In this document: positions 1-10,353 of the stretch, piece by piece
How positions within the stretch are numbered: position 1 is the stretch's first letter
Layout: each line of letters starts with the position of its first letter
From: Octopus sinensis
Taxonomy: Eukaryota
Reading direction: 5' to 3'
DNA: 35,669 nt
Assembly: GCF_006345805.1 (NCBI RefSeq)
Contig: NW_021833363.1
Span: 1 to 35,669, forward strand
The notes under the pieces: generated by a model
Seen by the model: the letters and a program-made list of their open reading frames with translations, nothing else
Database searches by the model: none
What the model was told of the DNA's origin: nothing
Program-made: the position numbers and the translations under genes

Positions 1-281
1 GGTGGTAGTAGTGGTGGTATTTTTCATACAGATGCCATGTTTATATCCTGCTTCTGTTGACAGACTAAGAGACGGACTGATTACAGGTGTAAATGCATGC
101 ACACATATATACGCAATACACCCTCATCTTATTAACATATATATATATATATATATAACATACATATATATTAGATATATTATATATAATATTATATATC
201 TATATATAATATATATAGCTCGTATAGAGTATAAATAGAATGTCAGACAGAGACGCAGTCAGGCAGGCAGGACAGACAGAC

Positions 282-297
282 AGACAGATAGATAGAT

Positions 298-338
<41 letters not shown>

Positions 339-610
339 GATAGATAGATAGATAGATAGATAGATTAGATAGATTCAATACATATATACATACATACATA
401 CACACATACATACATATTACATACATACCCTCCTTACGTACTTACGTACATACATACAATCCTTACGTACTTACGTACATACGTACATACATACATATAT
501 ACATACATCCGTACTACATACATACAGACATACTACATATATCCATACATCTGTCCGTACATACATACATGCATAATACATACATACATACTAACTACAT
601 ACATATAATA
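282..610. repeat. (GATA)n followed by degenerate (CATA)n microsatellite
   Basis: Direct reading: tandem agat units to ~375, then tacatacata-type units with interruptions. Confidence 0.95.
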
Positions 611-1366
611 TATATCTATATATAATAATACACATGCAATGATATACGTATGTCAAATACGAAAATAATTGAAGTGACTTCATTATTGTAAGAGAGAGAA
701 GCAACTGAAAGAGAACCAGACAGATAGACAGACATACAAAGAGGAAGGGGAGGGGAGGAGGAGATAGAGAGGAGGGAGGAATGCAGATCGTATGTGACAG
801 AGGGAGAAGCAAGAGGATGGAGACAGGCAGAGAGATCAAGAAAGAGGGGGAAGACTGAAAGAAAGGGTGTTAGTATATGAAGAAGACTGGATAGGATAGA
901 AATGGAGAAAAGAGAAAGAGAGAGACAGACAGAGACAGAGAAAATGTGTATGAAGAAGGAGATAGAGACGAACAAAGAGGAAGAGGATTGGTATGAGAAA
1001 GAGACGTGGTAGGAGATACTTTGAGACAGAGAGAGAGACAGGAAAAGCAATGTGAAAGGTAGAGGGTAGAGGAGAGAGTAAGAAGATAAATGAAAATCCA
1101 TAAATAAATAAATATGAAGGTAGATCAGGTGGAGGTGTGGTGGGGGGTGTCGGTTTCGTGTTGGGGTGGGACCGGATGGCGTTGGGGGTTTATAGATCGG
1201 AAGTGAATCAGACACGGTACCACATCCTTCCTCCAATTTTCTTTCTTTACATCTCTACCTTTTTACTCTTGTACTCTCTCTCCCTCACATTTCCACTCTC
1301 TCGGGCATTCATTTCCACTCCAACTCCTTCTCTTCCTTTCCCTGTCTCTGTCTCTCTCGTTCTCTT

Positions 1367-1728
1367 TCTTTCTTTCTTTCTCTCTCTCTCTCTCTTTCAC
1401 ACACACACGCGCGCGCGCACGCACACACTTGTACACACACACACACACACACGCTCTCATACGTACACATACACACACAGAGTATCCATCCCAAGTCTTC
1501 CTCATATTTTATTGATAAAAGCTTTTGCATGAGAGGAAGTGACGTAAAAACACCACAACGCTTAAACATTGGCTCCATTTAGTAATCCGTATCAGAGTAC
1601 TAAAGTACTACTACTACTACTACTACTACTACTATACTACAATCACCACCACCATCACCAACACCACCACGAACAACACCATCAACACCACCACTATTAC
1701 TACTATGACTGCTACAACCACCACCACC

Positions 1729-1759
<31 letters not shown>

Positions 1760-1768
1760 TTACTACAA
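1367..1768. repeat. Compound microsatellites (CT)n/(CA)n/(CG)n and (CTA)n/(CAC)n
   Basis: Direct reading; these tracts explain the poly-His/poly-Tyr/poly-Thr ORFs 1569..1952 and 1705..1887. Confidence 0.9.
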
Positions 1769-1790
1769 TCAATGTAACAAAGAACGTGAA

Positions 1791-1990
1791 GGGCGGTGGG
1801 TTAGCAGAAACGTTAGAGCGTCATACGAAAATGCCCAGCAGTATTTTTGTTCATTGCTCTTTAAGTTCCGAGTTCAAATCACGCTAATGTCAACTCGGCT
1901 TTCTTTTTTTTTTTTTTTCGGGGGACGATATAGCGTAATCCCAATTGATTAGTGTGGTCAGTTGAATTGACCGTAAGCCAACGCTCCCTG
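1791..1990 (+). mobile_element. Old, diverged copy of SINE family A (tRNA-derived)
   Basis: GGCGGTGGGTTAGCAGAAACGTTAG head and GAGTTCAAAT B-box align by eye to the younger family A copies in this window. Confidence 0.6.
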
Positions 1991-2377
1991 AATTTGTTGC
2001 CTCGTGCCAATGTTTGGATGTTTTCTTCTTTTTTTTTTTTTGTTGTTAACTGAGTTAACTGAGTTTTGATGTTAACTGAGCATATGGCCGGAGGAAAAGA
2101 AATCCCAGTTTTAGATTTGTCAAACCTATACGTACTAAAGCACCGTAGCCACTTGAACAGAGGCAGTTCTTGAGAAATACTTACAGTGAAATTCGGTTGA
2201 CCTCGGTCATTTATGACTGACCACGGCCGGCTTTTGCAGAGACTCCACGTCCATTGAAGTAAGATCTACATAACATCACAACTGAACAATCGTCAGATAA
2301 AACTTGATCATCTGAAAGATAACACAAGGAACATAACATCACCATTGATGACAGCGACGACTGAGAAGAAAAGGAGA

Positions 2378-2412
<35 letters not shown>

Positions 2413-2534
2413 TTATGATGATGATGATGATGATGATGATGACGGCGACGATGAAGATGATGATGGCAATGATGAGGATGATACAAGTGTCGTTAACGTA
2501 GGTATTAATGTAGTTGTTGATGACGGTGAGATGA

Positions 2535-2847
2535 TAATTTATCGACCCCGAAAGGATGAAAGGCAAAGTCGACCTCGGCGGAATTTGAACTCAGAACGTA
2601 GCGGCAGACGAAATGCCTATTTCTTTACTACCTACAAGGGCTAAACACAGAGAGGACAAACAAGGACAGACAAACGGATTAAGTCGATTATATCGACCCC
2701 AGTGCGTAACTGGTATTTAATTTATCGACCCCTAAAGGATGAAAGGCAAAGTCGACCTCGCCGGAATTTGAACTCAGAACGTAACGGCAGACGAAATACT
2801 GCTAAGCATTTCGCCCGGCCTGCTAACGTTTCTGCCAGCTTGCCGCC
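2535..2847 (-). mobile_element. SINE family A, head plus ~1.5 tandem 184-bp units
   Basis: Reverse complement starts GGCGGCAAGCTGGCAGAAACGTTAGC; B-box GAGTTCAAATTCC twice; unit junction at 2616/2617. Confidence 0.9.
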
Positions 2848-3053
2848 TTAAATGATGGCAATGGTGATACTATAATAATGTAATAAAAGGTGATAATGAT
2901 GATGATAATAATGTTTTAGAAGAATCCAAAGTGCTTTGAAATTGTCACTTAGTATTTCTTGTCCAAGACAACTGCATCTGATCATAAAAATGTTCGGAGA
3001 CGTTCCAAGCGTGATCATCCCGTTCTGCTCTGACACATTGCATGTATCTAGAA

Positions 3054-3226
3054 CAGTGCTCCGCAACCTTTTTTTTCATTTGCGATACAAAATTCGGCGG
3101 CACACCTGAAATAAAAATATAACTAAAAATATAGGGAGGAAAATTACATTCGGGTTACACTGCAGCACACCTAGCATCGTCTCATGGCACACCAGTGTGC
3201 CGCGGCATATTGGTTGTGGACCACTG
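3054..3226. mobile_element. hAT (Charlie/Buster-type) MITE, 173 bp
   Basis: 15-bp TIRs CAGTGCTCCGCAACC (3054-3068) / GGTTGTGGACCACTG (3212-3226), 2 mismatches; perfect 8-bp TSD ATCTAGAA at 3046-3053 and 3227-3234, fitting the nTCTAGAn preference of Charlie-type hATs. Confidence 0.92.
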
Positions 3227-3263
3227 ATCTAGAACTATATTTTTCAATATATCCCAGTTTTAA

Positions 3264-3880
3264 GGCGGCAAGCTAGCAGAAAACGTTAGCACGCCGGGCG
3301 AAATGCTTAGCGGTATTTCATCTGCCGTTACGTTCTGAGTTCAAATTCCGCCGAGGTCGACTTTGCTTTTCATCCTTTCGGTGTCGATTAAATAAGTACC
3401 AGTTACGCACTGGGGTCGATGTAATCGACTTAATCCGTGTGCCTGTCCTTGTTTGTCCCCTCTGTGTTTAGCACCTTGTGGGTAGTAAAGAAATAGGTAT
3501 TTCGTCTGGCGCTACGTTCTGAGTTCAAATTCCGCCGTGGTCAACTTTGCCTTTCATCCTTTCGGGGTGGATTAAATAAGTACCAGTTACGCACTGAGGT
3601 CGATATAATCGACTTAATCCGTGTGTCTGTCCTTTTTTGTACCCTCTGTGTGTAGCCTCTTGTGGGCAGTAAAGAAATAGGTATTTCGTCTGTCTTTATG
3701 TTCTGAGTTCAAATTCCGCCGAGACCGACTTTGCCTTTCATCCTTTCGGGGTCGATAAATTAAGTACCAGTTGCGTACTGGAGTGGATCTAATCGACTGG
3801 CCCCCTCCCCAAAAGTTTCGGGCCTTGTGCCTAAAGTAAAAAAGATTCTCTTTGGGCCTTGGGCCTAGAGTAGAAAAGAA
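3264..3880 (+). mobile_element. SINE family A trimer: tRNA-like head, two 184-bp units and a terminal unit with a different 3' tail
   Basis: Unit starts GTATTTC at 3313, 3497 and 3681 (spacing 184). A-box-like TAGCAGAAACGTT, B-box GAGTTCAAATTCC. Flanking near-direct repeat AATATATCCCAGTTTT (3246-3261) / AATATGTCCCAGTTTT (3879-3894), 15/16 match, is a probable TSD. Confidence 0.92.
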
Positions 3881-4294
3881 TATGTCCCAGTTTTTTTTCT
3901 TTTTTAGTTCTTTTTTAAGACGGACAGTAGAGCGTTATTTTTCTAAGGGAGGGGATTTTGGGTACTATTTCTAGCAGACGATGCTACCACTTAGAGTCAT
4001 TATCGTTGGCTTTGCAACAGTCTGTGTTTAAGTATAGATGGGTAAATATGGAAGCAAAACTAATGTCAACACATACCATATATGGAAAAATTCATTTGTA
4101 GCTATTGTGCTTTTTGTTTATATTTCTTCTTTATTGTTTGCCTTGCATCAAATTTATTTTTTATTTTATTTTATTTTATTTTATTTTTATTTTATACTTT
4201 TAGTGTATTTGCTTTCGGAATAATCGTTTTCTGAATTTGCCATGGGGACAGCGAAAAATATAACAATACAATGCAAGAAAATTATTTCTTTCTC

Positions 4295-4328
<34 letters not shown>

Positions 4329-4351
4329 CCCGCCTTCTCTCTCTCTCTCCC

Positions 4352-4386
<35 letters not shown>

Positions 4387-4458
4387 TTTAAATTTGCATT
4401 TTCAAACCTTCTTTCATATATAATTCCACTCGTGCGGTACCTTACAACTCCACTTTGT

Positions 4459-4489
<31 letters not shown>

Positions 4490-4890
4490 TTGAAAACATA
4501 CATACACACATATTTTGTGTGTGTCGATATAAAGATAGGCAGAAAGGGAGGGAGGAAGGCATATCTGTGTATGTCTATGTGAGTGTGTTGGTCTATATAT
4601 GTATGTATGTATGTTTGTATGTATGTATGCATGTATGTATATATATTTATAGATGCATGTAAGTATGCATGTGTATATACGTATATTATATATTATAGGT
4701 ATTTATATATATGAATGTCAAATAGAATACGCAACTGAAAACAAAAATATTCACCGAGAATGTCCCACAAGAGAGAACCGTCCATTGATTTCACCATCTG
4801 GTTTTAAAAAACGAATTCTCAACATATGGATAAGTACAGGTATAAATAAATATACATACATACATACATGTGTGTGTGTGTATATATATA

Positions 4891-5400
4891 TTTGGTCATC
4901 GCATAAATAATACGGTTTTTTGTACTTCTCTTATTTTTCAAAATTAAGATAAAACAAATTTCTTTTTTAAACTAAAATATACTCTCTATTTTCTACAGAG
5001 CTCTTCCATCTATCTGGTAGACTTGCGAGGCCCCTCTCCCAAACTTCACCTGTCCGTGATGAAAATTACTCCTCCAGTACTGTTCTAATCTCGTCTACAG
5101 AATTCATAGTTTTTCCATCCAAATAATTTTGAAGACTGCGGAATAAATGATAATCAGATAGGGCAATGTCCTGCGAATATGGTGGGTGGGGCATCGTTTC
5201 CCATTCAAATTGCTCCAGCCTTTGGAATGTCATCCTCTCTGTATGTGGCCGAGCATAATCCTGATGGAAGAACAGCTTTCGTCTTGAAACCAAAGACGGG
5301 CGTTTTTCTTCTAGCGCTGACTTAAGCCGCTCAAGCTGCTCGCAGTAGATCTCCTTTGTTATCGTTTGGTTTGGGTTTAAAAGTTCAAAGTGGACAAATA
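4891..5400 (-). mobile_element. mariner (DD34D) transposon 3' fragment with transposase C-terminus pseudogene
   Basis: HFELLNPNQTIT...HQDYARPH...HPPYSQDIALSDYHLFRSLQN, with exactly 34 residues between the two Asp. Premature TAA at 5066-5068; the frame then continues FSSRTGEVWERGLASLPDRW...EYILV* to 4967. TIR-like end near 4891 abuts a TA run. Confidence 0.9.
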
Positions 5401-5739
5401 TGTGTGTAACATTGTTCGTTTTTTGTTTCGGTCCTTGTTTTTGTATACATTTGCTGCTTTCTTCCAAGGAATCTAATGCCCTTAGCTTAGTTTTTCCTTG
5501 GGGCTGGCCAGATTGGTGCAATCTCAAGTATAATCAACCGAAATTGCAAAGATAATCTGGAACTTGACTAAGGAAAGAAAACTTCGAATGACCCGTCCTT
5601 TGTTTCATCTATGTGGATGTTTTGTTGTCCGGTTTTTGTATCACCAAACTGTCCGGATGTTTTTGCGTTCTTGTCCCATTTGTATTTTAACAACACACAT
5701 ACACACACACACACACACACCACACACACACACACACAC

Positions 5740-5770
<31 letters not shown>

Positions 5771-5843
5771 TATATATATATATACATATATATATAGCGG
5801 CGTACATACACTGTGGTCTCTTACATATACATACATACATACA

Positions 5844-5907
<64 letters not shown>

Positions 5908-6600
5908 ATATATATATCTATATATATATATATACACGTGTGTGTGTATATAATGTTCAGTGCAATAGTCTAAAAGATTGAATACTAAGCATGCAATACA
6001 GAGAGACGTACTCAGATCATAAGACTCTCTCTCATAATGAAATTGATCTGTGTTATCTAATAACAAATATATTACGCACACACATGTACACTTCAATGTA
6101 ATATAATATACATAATGCTTACTTTCTCAGTGTTGTAGATGGCGTAAGATATAAAATATGTGAAATACACTGTAATGTATATCAGAAGACGATAATAGAG
6201 TATTGAGTATTAATGTAATTCTATTTATATTAATATTTAAATCACGAGCTGGTTATTAGTAAGTCAGTCAATAAATATGATATCTAACGAAGTATTGATG
6301 CTTTGAATGAAATGTAAGACAAGAGGAAAACAGAGGAAGATATATGGTGGCATGAATAATACCAGTTCTGTATCTAATGTAACGTTTGAACATACGCATA
6401 CACACATACGCACACACACACACACACACGCACACACACACACGCGCACACACACACACACACACGTATATATTATCACTTTTTCGCATGCTCCCTCCTT
6501 CGCGTTTATTTTTCTTCTATACTTTTCTGCTGATGAAGTACTATCCTCCGACATAACAAGACCCTTTCCTTTCTATTTAAGCGTTACACTAATACAACAT

Positions 6601-6824
6601 TTGCAGCGTGGAAGGTGTTTATAAGCCATTTAAGCAACACACAAAAAACCCGTTAGATTCACTTCAACATTTAAATTTAATTTGTCGAAATTATTTTCGT
6701 CGCTTTGAGACCGCGACCTGTTCACTGACAAAATTCCGTGCTGCGGGGAATTTTGAATCTAACGGTGAATCTAACGGTTTTTGCGTGTTTCTTAAATGGC
6801 TTATAAACACCTTCCACGCTGCAA
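6601..6824. mobile_element. MITE with ~60-bp terminal inverted repeats, superfamily unassigned
   Basis: TTGCAGCGTGGAAGGTGTTTATAAGCCATTTAAG...GTTAGATTCAC (6601-6662) is the near-perfect reverse complement of 6765-6824; no clear TSD. Confidence 0.8.
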
Positions 6825-7505
6825 GTGATTTCGTTCCAGCACACGATCTCAGATCAGATCCCTTGCTATGCAAGTACATCTCCGTACTGCAACATTATTC
6901 ATAACTTATTCCTCCTGAGTTGACTGTTTTTCATTTTCGTTGCTTTAATCAATTAAGACTTTAAATTACAGTAGCTACTAGCCTCTCTATAGTTTATTTA
7001 GCTGTTTCCCTAGATCTAAACTCCGTTTCGTATAAACCTTTCCATAAGCATAATGAGAAACTCGCATATATACACAGACACTCTTGTCACTCTCCTGTAC
7101 TATTCAAAAACCCGATAGCCAATATTAGTAACAGAGTGTCTAACCCACATCTTCTAAAGAAATTTTCGAGAAGACAGCCCCCTATTATACCAATGCCCCA
7201 GCCAATAGTGGCTTCAAAGATAAATTAATATATAATCCCTCTAATAATAATCAAAATATTAATAATAGATCTAGTGACATCAAAGATAAAGAAATACATA
7301 ACCCCTCTAGTGTCAAACATATTAATAAGAAGAAACCTAAAAATAAGCCAAGGTAAATTATTGGGTTCGCCCTTCCCTTTTCCCTTAATAGAAAAACTAA
7401 TATTGGTAAAAGATTCCTGATCCCCCAGACAAACACTGTCTAGCAACTCACAGATACAGGAAAATATTTAATAGGCGTTCTATGTAATTATCATATAGCT
7501 ACTCA

Positions 7506-7908
7506 CTTTTACTCTTTTACTTGTTTCAGTCATTTGACTGCAGCCATGCTGGAGCACCGCCTTTAGTCGAGCAAGTCGACCCCAGGACTTATTCTTTGTA
7601 AGCCTAGTACTTATTCTATCGGTCTCTTTTGCCGAACCGCTAAGTTACGGGGACGTAAACATACCAGCATCGGTTTTCAAGCGATGTTGGGCGAACAAAC
7701 ACAGACACACAAACATATACACACACATATATATATATATATAAATACATACATATATACGACGGATTTTTTTCAGTTTCCGTCTACCAAATCCACTCAC
7801 AAGGCTTTGGTCGGCCCGAGGCTATAGTATAAGACACTTACCCAAGCTGCCACGCAGTGAGACTGAACCCGGAACTATGTGATTCGTAAGCAAGCTACTT
7901 ACCACACA
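7506..7908 (-). mobile_element. SINE family B (tRNA-derived, CORE-like central block), nested in the Penelope ORF
   Basis: Reverse complement: GTGTGGTAAGTAGCTTGCTTAC..CCGGGTTCAGTCTC..CTTGGGTAAGTGTCTT..internal (TA/TG)n..GACTGAAACAAGTAAAAGAGTAAAAG tail. Confidence 0.9.
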
Positions 7909-8624
7909 TCATTAAACGTGGTCAATACTAAGAGCCTAAATCAAATTGCAACTATCGCGACCCAGATTCCTATCCATTTCACCAAAGATGTATGATTAAA
8001 TCTATCATATACGAGGGAGAAATTACTGCAACCCCAAATAATAATACAACTGATACGAAAACCTGTACTGAATTATGTGAAGGTGAATTTTAAAATTCCT
8101 ATGCCAGTTATATAGCCTCTTTTCCGACATAGGAACAAAAAGAAAGGTACTAAGTTGGCTAGTTACGTATGGACTTTAAAAGATAACGAAACACTACATG
8201 TGATTAAATGGTAAGTAACTGAGAAATCCATACCTTATGTGAATGGATCAAATAAATGTAGCATTTATTTAGCTGAAAGACTGCAGATCTTGTTGAGATC
8301 TAAGATCCTTTACTCTCTATTACACTCTAGATCAGAAATTTTCAGTGGTTGCAAGCATATGTATAAATATGTTTTGAAGAATTGGAAAATTCCGCCTATT
8401 CCTGGCTAACTTGATATCTTTCCAGCCTTATCATTTAAGGTCTAAGGAGGAGAACTCTGTTGCCTTTGTATTTTTTACATTTTAGTTTTTGTGTTTTCGT
8501 TTTCCGTTTTAGGTTTTTCGTTTTCCGTCTTTTTACTTTCTACGTTTTCTGTATGCTGCTTTCTCAGTTTTATCAAGTTTCATCTAATATTCAAATTGTT
8601 TTTCTTAGTTCTGATATGCGGTTT

Positions 8625-8678
8625 GCGCCTGAAGAATAGGTTTAAGTATTTCTCAACATATGAAACTATAAGTAGCGC
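8625..8678 (+). ncRNA. Type-I hammerhead ribozyme in the Penelope 3' repeat; predicted cleavage after GUA at 8674
   Basis: GCGC-CTGAAGA-ATAGGTT[loop]AACATAT-GAAA-CTATAAG-TA/GCGC. Stem I 4 bp, stem II 6/7 pairs, stem III ACT/AGT; all conserved core nucleotides present. Confidence 0.75.
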
Positions 8679-8773
8679 TTAGACACGTATTGTGTCCTTT
8701 ATATAAATAATATTTATCTCTCACCACATGGAGAACATTTCTTATTGAATTTTCTATCACGGAACAGTAGATA

Positions 8774-8811
<38 letters not shown>

Positions 8812-8908
8812 TATATTTATATATATAATGGACTCCACCGTCGGTTTCGACGTATGAGGCTCCAACAACGTACTCTTTCTTTGTCAGTCAAATATATACA
8901 TATATACA

Positions 8909-9007
<99 letters not shown>

Positions 9008-9017
9008 CGTGTGCATT

Positions 9018-9305
9018 GGATTTGGTAGACGGAAACTGACAGCAGCCCGTAGTATATATGTGTGTACGTGTGTTTGTATGTGTGTGTTTGTGTGTATGTG
9101 TATGTGTCTGTGTGTCTGTGTTTGTCCCCCTCCCAAACATAGCTTGACAACCGAACCCGGTCTGTTTACCTGCCCGTAACTTAGCGGTTCGGCAAAAGAG
9201 ACCGATAGAATACGTACTATTCTTACAAAGAATAAATCCTGTGGATCGATTTGCTCGACTAGAGGCATGGCCACAATCAAATGACTGAAACAAGTGAAAG
9301 AATAA
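9018..9305 (+). mobile_element. SINE family B, 5'-truncated
   Basis: GGATTTGGTAGACGGAAACTG...TTAGCGGTTCGGCAAAAGAGACCGATAGAAT...GACTGAAACAAGTGAAAG. Confidence 0.85.
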
Positions 9306-9639
9306 CAGAATAATAGAATACACGAACATACACGCACGCACACACACACATACACACGCGCGCGCGCACAATATAACAAAAAAAAGATGGTCATCAGAAT
9401 GGTTTATAAAGCATAACATTAACGGTTATCTTAGATTTCTCATATATAAGCTGTTACGTAAGAAAGGTAGTTTAAATGCGACATAAAGAACACACACTCA
9501 CACAATCAGACACTCAAACATACACAAATAAGCTTTGATATATTAATCATATTACACATGAAAAAGACTTGAATAGACTGTTTCATCTTAGATCTCTCGC
9601 AGTATCTTCACTCAGAAAAGACGCTTTTTTATTTATATA

Positions 9640-10038
9640 CTAGCAGTATCGCCCGGCGTTGCTCGGGTTTGTAAGGGAAATAACTATATAAGCATTTTTA
9701 GAGAGTTATAGCCAAAAAATAGCAAAAAAATGCATTAAAAATGGAAAAAAAAATGATGGTAAATTTTTTTTTTTAATCGTTGTTGACTCATCGTTACATT
9801 TTTAGAGAGTTACTTCCCTTATATAATAGCGAAAAAATGCATTAAAATGGAAAAAAACGATGGTAAATTTTTTTTAATCGTAGACTCATCGTAGACGCGC
9901 GCTAATTACCCAGAAGGGCTCGATATATGAATCACGACTATAAGATACCCGGTTTGGTTAAACTGCACCGCAAAATGTGGGTAGTTAGGAATCTAAATCG
10001 TAGGAGACAGAACACAACTTTAGTTTTATATATAAAGA
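9640..10038 (-). mobile_element. Non-autonomous Helitron, 399 bp
   Basis: Minus strand reads A|TCTTTATATATAAAA ... CCCGAGCAACGCCGGG hairpin, 8 nt, CTAG|T: 5' TC, 3' CTAG, subterminal hairpin, A/T insertion, no TSD. Internal ~100-bp direct duplication (~9693-9795 / ~9797-9893). Confidence 0.82.
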
Positions 10039-10067
10039 TAAATATATATATATATCTTTAAAATTGG

Positions 10068-10235
10068 TTCCGTCATTTGACTCATTATGGCCATGCAAAT
10101 CGACCCCAGGACTTCTTTTGTCAGCCTAGTACTTATTCTATCGGATTGTTTGCCGAAACCGCTAGGTTATGGGGATGTAAACACACCACCATCGGTTGTC
10201 AAGCAATGTTGGGTGGGGGAACAACACAGACAAAC
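10068..10235 (-). mobile_element. SINE family B 3' fragment
   Basis: GTCATTTGAC..ATCGACCCCAGGACTT..CCTAGTACTTATTCTATCGG is the reverse complement of the family B 3' half. Confidence 0.8.
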
Positions 10236-10353
10236 ATATATACACACACATACAACATACATACATACATACATACATAATATATATAATATATATATAT
10301 ATTATATATATATATATAATATAGATATATATATATATATATAATATATATAC

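Larger units (their letters stand above)
6885..8720 (+). mobile_element. Decayed Penelope-like retroelement (RT C-terminal part, GIY-YIG endonuclease, T-rich 3' repeat region with hammerhead), interrupted by a SINE at 7506-7908
   Basis: Manual translation across stops and frameshifts: ITVATSLSIVYLAVSLDLNSVSYKPFHKHNEKLAYIHRHSCHSP; SSKEIFEKTAPYYTNAPANSGFKDKLIY; PFSLNRKTNIGKRFL..DKH..HRYRKIFNR..LSYS; after the SINE, CNYRDPDSYPFHQRCMIKSIIY..KTCTELCEGEF; SFRHRNKKKGTKLASYVWTLKD..IKW..PYVNGSNKCSIYLAERLQIL..RSEIFSGCKHMYKYVLKNWK (stop 8407-8409). These match Penelope/Poseidon/Neptune-type RT-EN motifs as recalled. Confidence 0.85.

Noticed and set aside
3313-3780. Regularly spaced repeats superficially like a CRISPR array
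   Set aside because: Whole 184-bp units are homologous with no unique spacers; eukaryotic context; no cas genes.
5401-5527. N-terminal part of ORF 5066..5527 as part of the transposase
   Set aside because: Mariner similarity starts only at VHFELL; the upstream residues come from unrelated flanking DNA.
5555-5605. Hammerhead-like remnants here and at ~6530-6555 and ~17882-17910
   Set aside because: Each retains only part of the core, with poor stems; not distinguishable from chance without a family consensus.
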